A DNA stretch of 64,000 nucleotides. Source: Bdellovibrionales bacterium. Its GTDB lineage: Bacteria > Bdellovibrionota > Bdellovibrionia > Bdellovibrionales > JAMPXM01. The notes below the pieces were generated by a model. The model made no database searches, was not told the origin of the DNA, and was given only the letters and a program-made list of their open reading frames with translations. This document shows, in pieces, positions 28,402 to 38,135 of the stretch. Numbering within the stretch: position 1 is the stretch's first letter; each line of letters begins with the position of its first letter. The translations under genes were made by a program, and so were the position numbers. The DNA is taken from NCBI GenBank assembly GCA_043739185.1, contig JAYUEN010000155.1, positions 30,732-94,731 of the forward strand, given 5' to 3'.

Positions 28402-29497
28402 GACTTTGGGTGAATCGCATTTTGAAAAACTCATTAGGGAAAAGACTCCTTTAATTGATGTTCGGGCGCCGGTTGAGTTTGCATTGGGTAGTATTCCAAA
28501 TGCTATCAATATTCCAATCTTAGATGATGAACAGAGAGCATTGGTTGGAACCGAATACAAAGTGAATGGATCTGAAGCAGCACTTCGTTTAGGACATGAA
28601 CTTGTTTCGGGTGATTTGAAGAAGCAGAGATTAAACGCCTGGAGTGAATTTGTTGGTTCAAACCCAAGCAGTATTCTCTTTTGTTTTCGGGGAGGAAAGC
28701 GTTCACAAATTTCTCAGGAATGGTTGGCAGAAGCTGGCGTAAATCTGGCACGTATTGAGGGCGGATATAAGAAATTTCGCAACTATCTGATGCAGGCAAT
28801 TGAGGACTTTTCTGTAGCACAAAATTTTTTGCCAGTAGCTGGCCCCACTGGAAGTGGAAAAACCATTCTGATAAATGAGTTGCGAGGGCTTTATCCAGCC
28901 ATTGACCTTGAGGGTCTAGCCAATCATCGCGGATCGGCCTTTGGCTCGATGAATTCGCCTCAACCCACGCAAATTAATTTTGAAAATAATCTGGGTGCTG
29001 AATTGATTATACTCAAGCATCGATGGGGCAATAAAGCGACGCCATTGTTCGAAGACGAAAGTCGACTCATAGGAAAAAGCGTTTTGCCCAAACTATTTTT
29101 TGAAAAATTAAACGCCTCACCAATTATTTTAGTCGAAGAAGAGTTGCGTGTTCGGGTGCAAAATATTTTTAAGGATTATATTTTGGATTCAGCGATTGCA
29201 GGGGAGGACAGCGGGAAGGCCCAGTCAGTTTTTGCGAGGTATCGCAAATCTCTCTTGGCAATTAGTAAGAAATTAGGCGGCGAAAGAACCACTGAAGTTC
29301 TTGGGCTATTAAATTTTAGTGAGAGCCAATTTCTACAAAATAAATCTCTTGAATCCAATCGAGCATGGATAGAAAAACTCTTGATCTACTATTACGATCC
29401 ACTTTATCTTGCGAGTTTGGAGCGCAGAAAATTGCAAATCGTTTTCAAAGGAAAGCGCAAAGACTGTTTTGATTATTTGAAAAATCAAATCAAGTAA
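28391..29497 (+). CDS. selU: tRNA 2-selenouridine synthase
   Basis: It has a rhodanese domain ('PLIDVRAPVEFALGSIPNAINIP', active loop 'CFRGGKRS') and a P-loop 'GPTGSGKT'. A TTG start overlaps selD by 11 nt. Confidence 0.85.
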   Translation: MKLETLGESHFEKLIREKTPLIDVRAPVEFALGSIPNAINIPILDDEQRALVGTEYKVNGSEAALRLGHELVSGDLKKQRLNAWSEFVGSNPSSILFCFRGGKRSQISQEWLAEAGVNLARIEGGYKKFRNYLMQAIEDFSVAQNFLPVAGPTGSGKTILINELRGLYPAIDLEGLANHRGSAFGSMNSPQPTQINFENNLGAELIILKHRWGNKATPLFEDESRLIGKSVLPKLFFEKLNASPIILVEEELRVRVQNIFKDYILDSAIAGEDSGKAQSVFARYRKSLLAISKKLGGERTTEVLGLLNFSESQFLQNKSLESNRAWIEKLLIYYYDPLYLASLERRKLQIVFKGKRKDCFDYLKNQIK

Positions 29498-29525
29498 AGG
29501 CCTTAGATAAAATATTAATGATCAC

Positions 29526-30620
29526 TTAGGGATGCCCTTGTCTACTTTTTTGCGAGGCCGTGTTTAAAGGGCGAACAGGTGCGTGTTCATCTTCATCATT
29601 TAGCCCTGAGCAATTCATAATTCCGTGAGGCATAACCAAAGGAACATTGATATCATCAAGCGCGAGGCCCCGATCTATGGCGTCTACACCAGTGCGTCCT
29701 TCAAACAGATTACTAATTAAAAAGCTTAACACGCCAATTCCGTCGGGCGGCTCTTCTTTGCTCTTTAAGAGAAAATCCATAATCAAATAAAAATATCTTA
29801 AAGTGGCAGAGCGTGCGAGTACTGCAGTTGACTTCAAGGCATCTTCTTTAAATTCTTCACTGGGCAAAAACTGTGCAATCACGCGCTTTATGAGATCAAG
29901 AGGATTGCCGATCCAAATGTCATCGCGAAAGTCTGCGATCGCATGCGTACAAGTAGGAATTCGAGTGTCTCGCGAGCGTCCATAGTAGCAAACATTAATT
30001 AGATTGTGATCTTCGTTGTCGTCTTCGCGTTTTGTATGTGCATTTGAAAAAGAGTCCTGAATGGTATGAGAAGCATGGCCAAAGAGAAACAGGGCGCTTC
30101 GAATTTTACCAAGATGCCAAAGGTTGAGACCGTCGACGCTGCTTTTAATAATGTTTGCGCGTGCCGTTTCGCAGGTTTTTCTCTGAGAAACTAAGATGTC
30201 GCCATCATCTATATTACGTAAGAAATGCAATACCTGAACGCTTGGATTATTGGTCCAGCTTCCTTTGTAATCGTGATACCAGTTTGGTAAATTGAAATAT
30301 TCGACCAAATTAAAAGGTAGGTCTGTTGCATAATTCCCTCTGATAATTGCATTTTCGGTGGTCAAACCACTGGCGCCGATGAAACTGACTTCTTTCTCGG
30401 TTAGTATTTCGGGGCTTAAGTTATCTAGATTGATGTTTTTTGATTTGAAATACTTGTCCAAAAGGACCAAGCTTTGCCGGGTGATTTCCTCGTGGCCACT
30501 GGTGACTCCGGTCACTATTCCTATTGGTAAAATCGGAATGTCCACTGGGATAGACACGGTAAATGCAGAGGCAAACTGGCAAAAAACCAAAACACAAAAC
30601 AATATTGAAAAGGATCTCAT
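29526..30620 (-). CDS. Secreted protein, possibly of the zinc-dependent phospholipase C / P1 nuclease superfamily
   Basis: The ATG at 30620 gives the signal peptide MRSFSILFCVLVFCQFASA. 'SGHEEITRQSL' and 'GHASHTIQDSFSNAH' (H-x3-D-x5-H) have the same spacing as the H-x3-D-x5-H zinc motif of that superfamily. Confidence 0.45.
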   Translation of the reverse strand: MRSFSILFCVLVFCQFASAFTVSIPVDIPILPIGIVTGVTSGHEEITRQSLVLLDKYFKSKNINLDNLSPEILTEKEVSFIGASGLTTENAIIRGNYATDLPFNLVEYFNLPNWYHDYKGSWTNNPSVQVLHFLRNIDDGDILVSQRKTCETARANIIKSSVDGLNLWHLGKIRSALFLFGHASHTIQDSFSNAHTKREDDNEDHNLINVCYYGRSRDTRIPTCTHAIADFRDDIWIGNPLDLIKRVIAQFLPSEEFKEDALKSTAVLARSATLRYFYLIMDFLLKSKEEPPDGIGVLSFLISNLFEGRTGVDAIDRGLALDDINVPLVMPHGIMNCSGLNDEDEHAPVRPLNTASQKSRQGHP

Positions 30621-30812
30621 GCTAGGATTCCTAGCAGGCCTTGTGCCACTGGATCTTAGGATTAGTGGCTTTTTAACTGCCCTTAATATAAAGCCAATTC
30701 TCTTTTTCAATAACCTCAGCTTTTATTACTATGAAAGGATTATAATCCAGGTGACTATATATGTAATTTCGGCATGGTTTCTGTCGTCGGCTTTAAGTTA
30801 AGGGAGAATCTT

Positions 30813-31154
30813 ATGGGAAGTATTTTTTTACTCTTCGGATCTAATATTTTTATGACATTTGCATGGTACGGACATTTAAAAAACCTAAGGGATAAGCCAC
30901 TTTATATTGCCATTTTGGTTAGTTGGGGAATTGCACTTTTTGAGTATGTATTGCAAGTCCCGGCAAATCGTATGGGCGCAAAGATTTTTAATTTGGGACA
31001 ACTCAAAATCACGCAGGAAATTATCACCATGATTGTCTTTGCTTTGTTTTCTTATTTTTATATGAAAAAGCCTCTGACTATAAATTATCTGTGGGCCGGA
31101 CTTTGTTTAATGGGGGCTGCGTTTTTTATTTTTCGCGATGGGTTGAACTCTTAA
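30813..31154 (+). CDS. Small DMT-superfamily membrane protein (DUF486-like)
   Basis: It has 4 TM segments and 'MTFAWYGHLK...FEY.LQVPANR'. An ATG follows AGGGAG. Confidence 0.65.
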   Translation: MGSIFLLFGSNIFMTFAWYGHLKNLRDKPLYIAILVSWGIALFEYVLQVPANRMGAKIFNLGQLKITQEIITMIVFALFSYFYMKKPLTINYLWAGLCLMGAAFFIFRDGLNS

Positions 31155-31232
31155 AACTGAGTCCTTAGATTGTAAAGCTTAGATCACTATTTGGCCTTTA
31201 CAGTTTAAGGGCCCAGTTTTATAATTTTAAGA

Positions 31233-31916
31233 ATGAAAAATAACCTCATCGCCCTTCTTCTCTTCTTAAGCTCTTTAAGCCTATACGCAGCCGATATCAA
31301 AACCAATGCGGTTCATATGGCTGATGCACCGGATTGGGTTACTCCCGGAAGAATCAATTCGGTAGTTGAACATATCCAAAGTATTTTAGAGTGGGATATT
31401 CGCCGAATTGAAGTCACCTGGTACAAAGACCAGGGCGCCTTCGAAAGAGTTCATGGTCTAGGGCCCTTGGTTTTGGCGATGTCGCGAAAATCTGATAATA
31501 GTGTTCACCTAGGTCCGAAAATCAAAAAAGAAAATTTCGAAGCAGTGTTTGGACATGAATTGGTGCATATTATTTCCTATCAAAAGTATAAAGAGGCTAT
31601 ACCCAAATGGTTAGAAGAGGGGCTGGCAAATCATTTAAGTCATCTTGCAAAGGTTGACTACAAATGGCTTGCTGCCCATCCTGCGCCCAGCGATGTTCGT
31701 GATTTAACCCATCCATTCAGCGGGTCTGAAGATCATGTTCATTATCACTATATGGCTTCGCAAGCTTTGATGGAGATGATTGCAAGTAAATGTGATTTGG
31801 CCAACCTCTTGCGCCTAAGTGTTCGCCGAAAACTTGAAGACAAGCTCGATACGCTTTGTGGAATAAAGGATATCACGAAGGAATTTAATTTATGGGTAAC
31901 GAAACGGAATCACTAA
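31233..31916 (+). CDS. Secreted MA-clan zinc metallopeptidase-like protein
   Basis: It has a signal peptide. 'FGHELVHIISY...IPKWLEEGLANHL' shows HExxH plus a downstream Glu, in the style of the Peptidase_MA_2 family. Confidence 0.6.
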   Translation: MKNNLIALLLFLSSLSLYAADIKTNAVHMADAPDWVTPGRINSVVEHIQSILEWDIRRIEVTWYKDQGAFERVHGLGPLVLAMSRKSDNSVHLGPKIKKENFEAVFGHELVHIISYQKYKEAIPKWLEEGLANHLSHLAKVDYKWLAAHPAPSDVRDLTHPFSGSEDHVHYHYMASQALMEMIASKCDLANLLRLSVRRKLEDKLDTLCGIKDITKEFNLWVTKRNH

Positions 31917-31989
31917 ATCAGGTTTTTTTGTATGTTCATCGAAGAATCTCGGCACATTTTTAGAGTGCAAGGGCTTCTTGCTGTTCTCG

Positions 31990-32451
31990 CTAATCTTGTT
32001 TGGCTTTAGATTCGAGCTCTTTGATGCGTTTAACAACTTTGTTATAAGAAGCCGCTACTTCTAAAAAATAATCGCCTTTGCGAAAGCGAAGTTCCTTAAG
32101 TTCTTCGTTGTCCTGCAGAGACTCCATATGGCGAACAAGTCTATAAATAGGTCCGACGACCCTGTTCGAGATGACAATACCAAAAAAAATCAAAAGTCCT
32201 ACTAAAATCATGAACATAAAGAACGCACCAATGTCGAATTTTGAAAGTGGATCCTCACCGGCAGCATTGAGTGCGACGATTCGATCAAAAAAACTCGATG
32301 CTAAAATTCCTGACGAGAAAAATAATATCCCCATGGCCAAAGCATAACCAACAAAGACTTTTTGGATCTTTGAATTTACGATCAGTTGCCGTTTCGTCCA
32401 ATTCTGACGAGATGGTTTTTTCGATTTCACTACATTGCTATGGTCGTTCAT
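31990..32451 (-). CDS. Two-TM membrane protein with a HAMP-like juxtamembrane helix
   Basis: Two hydrophobic segments are followed by 'ISNRVVGPIYRLVRHMESL' and a coiled-coil tail. Confidence 0.5.
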   Translation of the reverse strand: MNDHSNVVKSKKPSRQNWTKRQLIVNSKIQKVFVGYALAMGILFFSSGILASSFFDRIVALNAAGEDPLSKFDIGAFFMFMILVGLLIFFGIVISNRVVGPIYRLVRHMESLQDNEELKELRFRKGDYFLEVAASYNKVVKRIKELESKAKQD

Positions 32452-32573
32452 TTGTCACCCGCGTATTTCTCATATTATAAACGCATTTAAACTAAAATAC
32501 TTTCAAAATCTTTTTCTACATTCTTTCAGTTAATTCTTATTGACACAGTTATCTATATAATTACTCTGAAACG

Positions 32574-33170
32574 ATGCTAATAAGAAATCTATTCTATCTA
32601 TTGATCGCTTTTGTGGTTTTTTCCTCGCTGGATTCACATGCTGAGTCAAAGTCCAGTCCGATAACAAAGAAGTTAATAAAGCATCCTGTTGAAACCCAAA
32701 ATCAGGTTATTTTTTTGCAAAATGATATCGATGATATCGGGCCCGACCTAAAAAAAATTAGTTTAGCTGCAGAAGAACTAATGACCAAAAATGGATTTAA
32801 ATTTGATCTACATGCGCAGGTGGCGATTCCAAAGTCCAAAAACTTCCGTCCACGTCTAAATACGAATAAAGTGGTCACTGAAAAATTGAATGTCGTAAAG
32901 TTCTTACCAGACGAGGTATCTACTATTGATACATACTATCTTTTAACCCTTAAGTGGACTGAACCAAAGCTTGAGAATGTTTATTATACCGCCAACCTGA
33001 GGTTTGTCTCAAAAAATCCAATTATCCCAAGTAGAACAATTTTTGAAAAAAAGTTGAGCCTGCCCATGAGTCAGCTCCCAAGCTCCGGAATGAATCAGTT
33101 TCCCCACCAGGCAATGGCTCAAAAGGTTTATTTTGAGACCCTAGAAAGTCTTTCTGGAGAATGGAAATAA
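32574..33170 (+). CDS. Secreted hypothetical protein
   Basis: It has the signal peptide 'LLIAFVVFSSLDSHA'. No motif was recognised. Confidence 0.5.
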   Translation: MLIRNLFYLLIAFVVFSSLDSHAESKSSPITKKLIKHPVETQNQVIFLQNDIDDIGPDLKKISLAAEELMTKNGFKFDLHAQVAIPKSKNFRPRLNTNKVVTEKLNVVKFLPDEVSTIDTYYLLTLKWTEPKLENVYYTANLRFVSKNPIIPSRTIFEKKLSLPMSQLPSSGMNQFPHQAMAQKVYFETLESLSGEWK

Positions 33171-33277
33171 GAATTCTTATTTTGAGATATATTTAGATAG
33201 TTTCTTAATTGCATCCAATTTTGAACATTTAAATGAAATAACTATTGAGTGCGATCACACAATGTTATCATATTGCT

Positions 33278-34387
33278 ATGGAACGTGGGTTGACACTTAA
33301 GAATAAGAGAGAGCTTTTCGCAATTTCTCGAAATGAGATTGGCTTTACTTTAATTGAGACCATGATCTCGCTCGCAATTACGCTCATTGCGGTTGCGACC
33401 TTTTCAACTATTATTCCTAACTCTATAAAAATTCAAAACCGCTTTGACGGCCTTGCAAACCTTTTGGTTGCTGGCAGCTTCAATGCCTATGATTTTTCTC
33501 AAATACTTAAGTCCGTAGGCGGCAATCAAATACCCGTTTGGCAATCAATTTTAGTTGATAACAATTGTACGGCAAAGTGGGGTCTGCCAGATTGTGCGGG
33601 CTCGGATCGCATTCATATTCTTGAAATTCTTTTTGATAATTCTGTTAATTTTGTTTTAGCACCGTTGACAATTGCGGCTCCCGGATACGATCCCACTAGC
33701 GGAAATATTAAAATTGACAATTCAACTGGTTGCCCATTGAATACAAAATATCAAAATGTAAATTTAGCACTTGTCAGTGGCACAACACTCTTAATTGTAT
33801 TCTCCATAGGATTTGATTCCACTCAATGTATTATCCAATCCAGGCTTTCAAACCAGGGAAGCATTTTTTCAAATTTTGATCCAGCGAGTGCCGAACGATT
33901 TGTAGGGAGGAGTGCCATTGGTGTCCGAGCTAAGACTTATTTTTGGGACAGTCAAAATTTTACAGTTAACCGATTTATTGATGACACAAATGCCGGCTCC
34001 TCATCGGCGTCCAATACAATTGTAGAATATAGAAATATATATGATCTGCAGGTTGCATTAGGATACTTTTCTCCAGTTGATGCTAACGGAGGAGCCTTTG
34101 TGGGTGACTTATCTATGAAAGATACTGCTGACAATAATGATAGTTGGTATCACAACTCTCCTTTGGATGTATGGGGGCAAGGCGGATTAAAATACGCAAA
34201 TGCAAATCAGCTAAAAATGATCGCTGTTAAATTTGCAGTAGGAAGTAGTCAAAATACAACTCTTGCTGATTCGTCTGGGCAATTTCAATTGTATGATGGC
34301 CCCATAAGACAATACCCGACAAATAAATCAATACGGATAACGGAGCGAAGAATTTATTTCAGAAATGAAGGACTGTTTCTTAACTAA
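33278..34387 (+). CDS. Type IV pilin-like minor pilin (PilW-like size)
   Basis: The prepilin-type N-terminus is 'NEIG|FTLIETMISLAITLIAVATF', with Gly-1, Phe+1 and Glu+5. The start is ambiguous (TTG at 33245 or ATG at 33278). Confidence 0.7.
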   Translation: MERGLTLKNKRELFAISRNEIGFTLIETMISLAITLIAVATFSTIIPNSIKIQNRFDGLANLLVAGSFNAYDFSQILKSVGGNQIPVWQSILVDNNCTAKWGLPDCAGSDRIHILEILFDNSVNFVLAPLTIAAPGYDPTSGNIKIDNSTGCPLNTKYQNVNLALVSGTTLLIVFSIGFDSTQCIIQSRLSNQGSIFSNFDPASAERFVGRSAIGVRAKTYFWDSQNFTVNRFIDDTNAGSSSASNTIVEYRNIYDLQVALGYFSPVDANGGAFVGDLSMKDTADNNDSWYHNSPLDVWGQGGLKYANANQLKMIAVKFAVGSSQNTTLADSSGQFQLYDGPIRQYPTNKSIRITERRIYFRNEGLFLN

Positions 34388-34404
34388 AAAGGATTAAGCC
34401 GACT

Positions 34405-34857
34405 ATGCCATCACTTTTCAAAAAGAAGTTGAAATTGAATCAAGCCGGATTCGGGATTGTTGAGTCTATGGCCAGTATTGGCATTTTAGTTACTGCAACC
34501 TTTGGTTTCATGGCTTGCTATAGATTTAGCATTGACTCATTTACCGAGGTTAAGAAAAGGGCCGCAGCTGTCGAACGGCTGAATAACGTTATTGAAACTT
34601 TTCGATTTAGAGGTCAGGCCGATCTTGTTGTCTATGATATAGCGGGGAATATAGTTGTGAATTTGAAAAGCGCATACGATCAAAACGGGAATCTCCTACC
34701 GGGATATTTTCAGGTCGGACCTGATGCCGATGCGGATACCCTTGCTTACAATCTCAATCCTGATAACAAACAGTTTGGCACGAAATACAAATATGCGGTC
34801 ACTTGGGTGGGTGTGTCGGGTCAGTTAAAAACAATCTCATACGAGGTATTTAAATGA
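34405..34857 (+). CDS. Type IV pilin-like minor pilin (small, PilV/FimT-like)
   Basis: The N-terminus is 'LNQAG|FGIVESMASIGILVTATFGF', with Glu+5. It overlaps the next gene by 4 nt. Confidence 0.6.
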   Translation: MPSLFKKKLKLNQAGFGIVESMASIGILVTATFGFMACYRFSIDSFTEVKKRAAAVERLNNVIETFRFRGQADLVVYDIAGNIVVNLKSAYDQNGNLLPGYFQVGPDADADTLAYNLNPDNKQFGTKYKYAVTWVGVSGQLKTISYEVFK

Positions 34858-37352
34858 TCAAAATTCATAAAGACAATCGAGGTTTTGTTTTACTTTGGAG
34901 CCTAGCAATGTCAGTCGTTGTAGCGAGCATCGGACTAGCACTTCTTGGAAGTGCCATTATGGTTACGAATTCGGCTTCTAGTACACTACAAAAAGACATG
35001 ACTCAGATCGAAGCAGAAAATCTTTCTCGCATCGCCTTCAACTTGATGAAATCGACGCTTCAAGAAAACAGCGACCTCACGTCTGATCAATTGACCGTTA
35101 TTTTGAACGACAAATTAGTTTCTATACTCAAACCAGGTTATAGTATAAATAATTTTTCGGTTAATATTGACCCGAATCTGTTTATATCACAAATCCCAGG
35201 GGGACCCTTTCGCGGATTGCAGTCTCAAAATCGTGCATTGACAATGGATTTGGTTTTGTATCACAACCCTTCTCGTACGACAGCCAAGTTTGACTTAAGT
35301 GCCTACCTTGGCAATATTTATCCGACACAATTTAACTTTTTCTCGTTTGCGGATTTGCAAAACTTAAACGCTATTCGAAGTGTCAATACCTCTGGACGTA
35401 TTTTCGCGAACGATTTTGCCTATATTGGTAATTATGGTGGTTACTCGCCCTTTACTATGGATTTCTTTGCGACCGCCGGAAATTTTTATAATATCCCAGG
35501 TTGGAATACGCGGGTAGCAAAGGTTCAAAATCCAAGCGCAAGTACTGACTATGTAATTGTACCTGATCCCATTGATAATAATTGTACGAACTGTTCTGGT
35601 TCTGGATTGGGTTTTTATAAATGGGCAAGCAATACCTGGAATGGCCAATTTCAAGATAGTCATTTCGGCGTTCAAAGACTTGATTACTGGTTTGGCAACG
35701 ATACTTTTCTCAATATTCCTAGAATCAGTAGCCCACCGGGAGAACTCGTTAAGTATCAACTTGCATATCAAGCCGATATTCGAATCATAAATGGCGTTTG
35801 GTATCTTAAGAATCCGAATAGTGTTTCGCAGTGGCCAGGACTACCCATTTGGTCGGATCATCCCGGAAGTATGACGGCTTGGAATGAAAATGATCACGAG
35901 GGATCACAAGCTGTGGGACAAGATGATATCGCCGCAAACTTAACGGCGCTTGCGCTTTCAACTGCCTGGCCGGCAGGAACAATGCCGCAAAAATTTAGTT
36001 ATTATAAAGTGAATCCGGCAACAGGCGCTATAGATACTGCCAATTTTCAAGGTATTGTATCTTACGGAAACCTTCAAAATACCACCACTACGGGTGCGGG
36101 CAATTGGCTTCCAGGAGACTTTGTCGGAGACCCCCTCTGTAACGCAGGATTTACCTGCCAGAATTGTGGCGGCGGAGGAGTAGTTAAAACAAAAAGCATC
36201 GCGAACTTCACGCCTCAGTGTGCGAACGCTCTTGGTGTCGCAGGCCTTTCACCAAATAGGGGCGCACGCCTTCTCAATGCCACACGCAGTGGTTTTAAAT
36301 TTGGATTTGCCAACTATATTGCTACCAACCACGCATCTACCTCAAAAATTTGGCCAATGAATTTTGATCTCGTTCAATTTCAAAATGCACTAACTTGTGG
36401 TGCGGGACATCCCGGAGAGCTCGGCTGCTACTTTGGGGCAGGAAAATACATGGGCAGAGAGTTTAATGGCATTGTTTATATTAACAATACCTGGAAGAAC
36501 CAACTGCAAAAGACCCAGTATCCATTTATGCAAAATGATGCTCAAGTCGACGCAGTATTTGCGGGTGCGACCAATAACGATCCCTGGCAGCCCGCAGTAA
36601 CTCGGGGTGGCTCGGGTCCAATTCAAAATCAAATTTTGCCAATGCAGTTATGCTCAGACTCCCAAAAGGGTTTAGGATTCGATTCCCCTTTGGGTACAAA
36701 TCTTTTTAAAATTCCGGACTGTGCGAAGTACAAAGATCATTCGACCTTTGCCGCTCGCACCAATGCCTTGCGAGTTATAAATGGTGGAATTGATCCTACG
36801 AAATTCACAAAAGGTCTTACTATTTATAGTCCCGTGCAAATTTATGCGACTGGTGATTTGAATCCAAACTCTGATGTGACGACAGTGACATCAACCCCTT
36901 GGATGCCGCTCTTTCTGGCCTCGGCATCAATCATACCATTGTCAAATGCATGGGATGACTCAAATGCACCGTGGGACCAGTCTCCGGGCGCCATTTACCG
37001 ACAAGCAAGAAATACCAAACAAATAATGACTGCAACCTATGGGCACGATACTGGTCCCGATTTTGATGAGGTTTGGTCTGGAACTCAATACGAAAAGCGC
37101 GGTGGTAATATTGTATTTCCGACGCTCTTGGGCGCAGATGATTACAGTAATTTTTATTGGCGAGAAGATCCCAATATTCAAGTCGTTTATTTAGGACCTG
37201 GAGTTTTTGTGAATCCGGACACAATGAATTATTTGGAGGACCCACACTATCAAGTCTACAACAATCAGCCTGCCGGAATGATGCCTGTAAATGTAGTATC
37301 TATTAATTCATGGATCAAAAAGACAAGAGAGACGGCAAGTACGGGGCCGTAA
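34854..37352 (+). CDS. Large pilus-associated protein (832 aa) with a PilX-like pseudopilin N-terminus; candidate tip adhesin
   Basis: The N-terminus is 'KDNRG|FVLLWSLAMSVVVASIGLALLGSAIMV', with no Glu+5. The long Asn/Gly/Trp-rich body matches no family I recognise. Confidence 0.55.
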   Translation: MIKIHKDNRGFVLLWSLAMSVVVASIGLALLGSAIMVTNSASSTLQKDMTQIEAENLSRIAFNLMKSTLQENSDLTSDQLTVILNDKLVSILKPGYSINNFSVNIDPNLFISQIPGGPFRGLQSQNRALTMDLVLYHNPSRTTAKFDLSAYLGNIYPTQFNFFSFADLQNLNAIRSVNTSGRIFANDFAYIGNYGGYSPFTMDFFATAGNFYNIPGWNTRVAKVQNPSASTDYVIVPDPIDNNCTNCSGSGLGFYKWASNTWNGQFQDSHFGVQRLDYWFGNDTFLNIPRISSPPGELVKYQLAYQADIRIINGVWYLKNPNSVSQWPGLPIWSDHPGSMTAWNENDHEGSQAVGQDDIAANLTALALSTAWPAGTMPQKFSYYKVNPATGAIDTANFQGIVSYGNLQNTTTTGAGNWLPGDFVGDPLCNAGFTCQNCGGGGVVKTKSIANFTPQCANALGVAGLSPNRGARLLNATRSGFKFGFANYIATNHASTSKIWPMNFDLVQFQNALTCGAGHPGELGCYFGAGKYMGREFNGIVYINNTWKNQLQKTQYPFMQNDAQVDAVFAGATNNDPWQPAVTRGGSGPIQNQILPMQLCSDSQKGLGFDSPLGTNLFKIPDCAKYKDHSTFAARTNALRVINGGIDPTKFTKGLTIYSPVQIYATGDLNPNSDVTTVTSTPWMPLFLASASIIPLSNAWDDSNAPWDQSPGAIYRQARNTKQIMTATYGHDTGPDFDEVWSGTQYEKRGGNIVFPTLLGADDYSNFYWREDPNIQVVYLGPGVFVNPDTMNYLEDPHYQVYNNQPAGMMPVNVVSINSWIKKTRETASTGP

Positions 37353-37390
37353 ATTTACATTGATCGGTTCGCTATTTGGCGGGCATACTG

Positions 37391-37422
37391 AAAAAAATGG
37401 GAGCTCGATTTCGCGAACTCCC
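37391..37422 (-). terminator. Hairpin plus T7 (on the minus strand) between convergent genes
   Basis: The stem gggag(c)tcg...cga(a)ctccc is followed by TTTTTTT on the minus strand. Confidence 0.5.
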
Positions 37423-37448
37423 AGTCTTTAATTTCTAAAAATTTAAAT

Positions 37449-38135
37449 CTAGTTGTGACGGCGCTTATCGTACTCATTTGACGTCGTCGTGCGCTGAGTT
37501 TCGCGCGTCGTAGTTTGGCGACTCACTTGTTGCTCGCGACCATGTTGAACTTGAGTGTGTTGAACTTCAGTGCGTTGAACTTGAGTGCGTTGAACTTGAG
37601 TTGTTTGGCGAGTGCGCGTCTCATAAGTCGTTCTGTGTACTTCAACTTGGGAGATCCTCTCTCGGCGAACTTCACGGTACTGAATGACGCCTGGGCGTGT
37701 GTAATGAACGCCTACTGGATAATAACCGTAATTGTGATAGTGATAGGCGCTGTACAATCCAAGATACGCGTCTCCAACCACTAAAAATGGGTACATGGTT
37801 TCCCATTGTTGAGGAATCATAACTTCGCGGCCAAAGAATTCTTCCATTGGAGAAACACCACGATTGTAGTCATAAATATACTGGGCAGTTGTCACAACTT
37901 CTACTGATCCAGAGTAATTGCTGGATTTAACGAAGTCCGCAGTTTGTTGACCTTTGCGATAGCAATCAGCAACACCTTGGTTTGATTCTTCGTTGAGAAC
38001 AGGAAAACGTGTTACTTCGCCAGTATAGATATAAGTCTCTACTGTATTAATTTGGCAAATTCCTGCAAGCGCACCTTGCGCGACAAAAATAGTTAAAAGC
38101 GCTATCAATTTATTCATTGTGGGTCCTCGTTTCAT
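37449..38135 (-). CDS. Secreted Tyr/His-rich protein with a C-terminal (T/E)QVQ(R/H) pentapeptide repeat
   Basis: It has the signal peptide 'LIALLTIFVAQGALAG'. The C-terminus reads 'TTQVQRTQVQRTEVQHTQVQHGREQQ'. Confidence 0.55.
   Translation of the reverse strand: MKRGPTMNKLIALLTIFVAQGALAGICQINTVETYIYTGEVTRFPVLNEESNQGVADCYRKGQQTADFVKSSNYSGSVEVVTTAQYIYDYNRGVSPMEEFFGREVMIPQQWETMYPFLVVGDAYLGLYSAYHYHNYGYYPVGVHYTRPGVIQYREVRRERISQVEVHRTTYETRTRQTTQVQRTQVQRTEVQHTQVQHGREQQVSRQTTTRETQRTTTSNEYDKRRHN
37544..37603 (-). repeat. 15-bp coding tandem repeat x4 (gttgaacttgagtgy)
   Basis: Four consecutive units were read directly from the plus strand. Confidence 0.85.
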
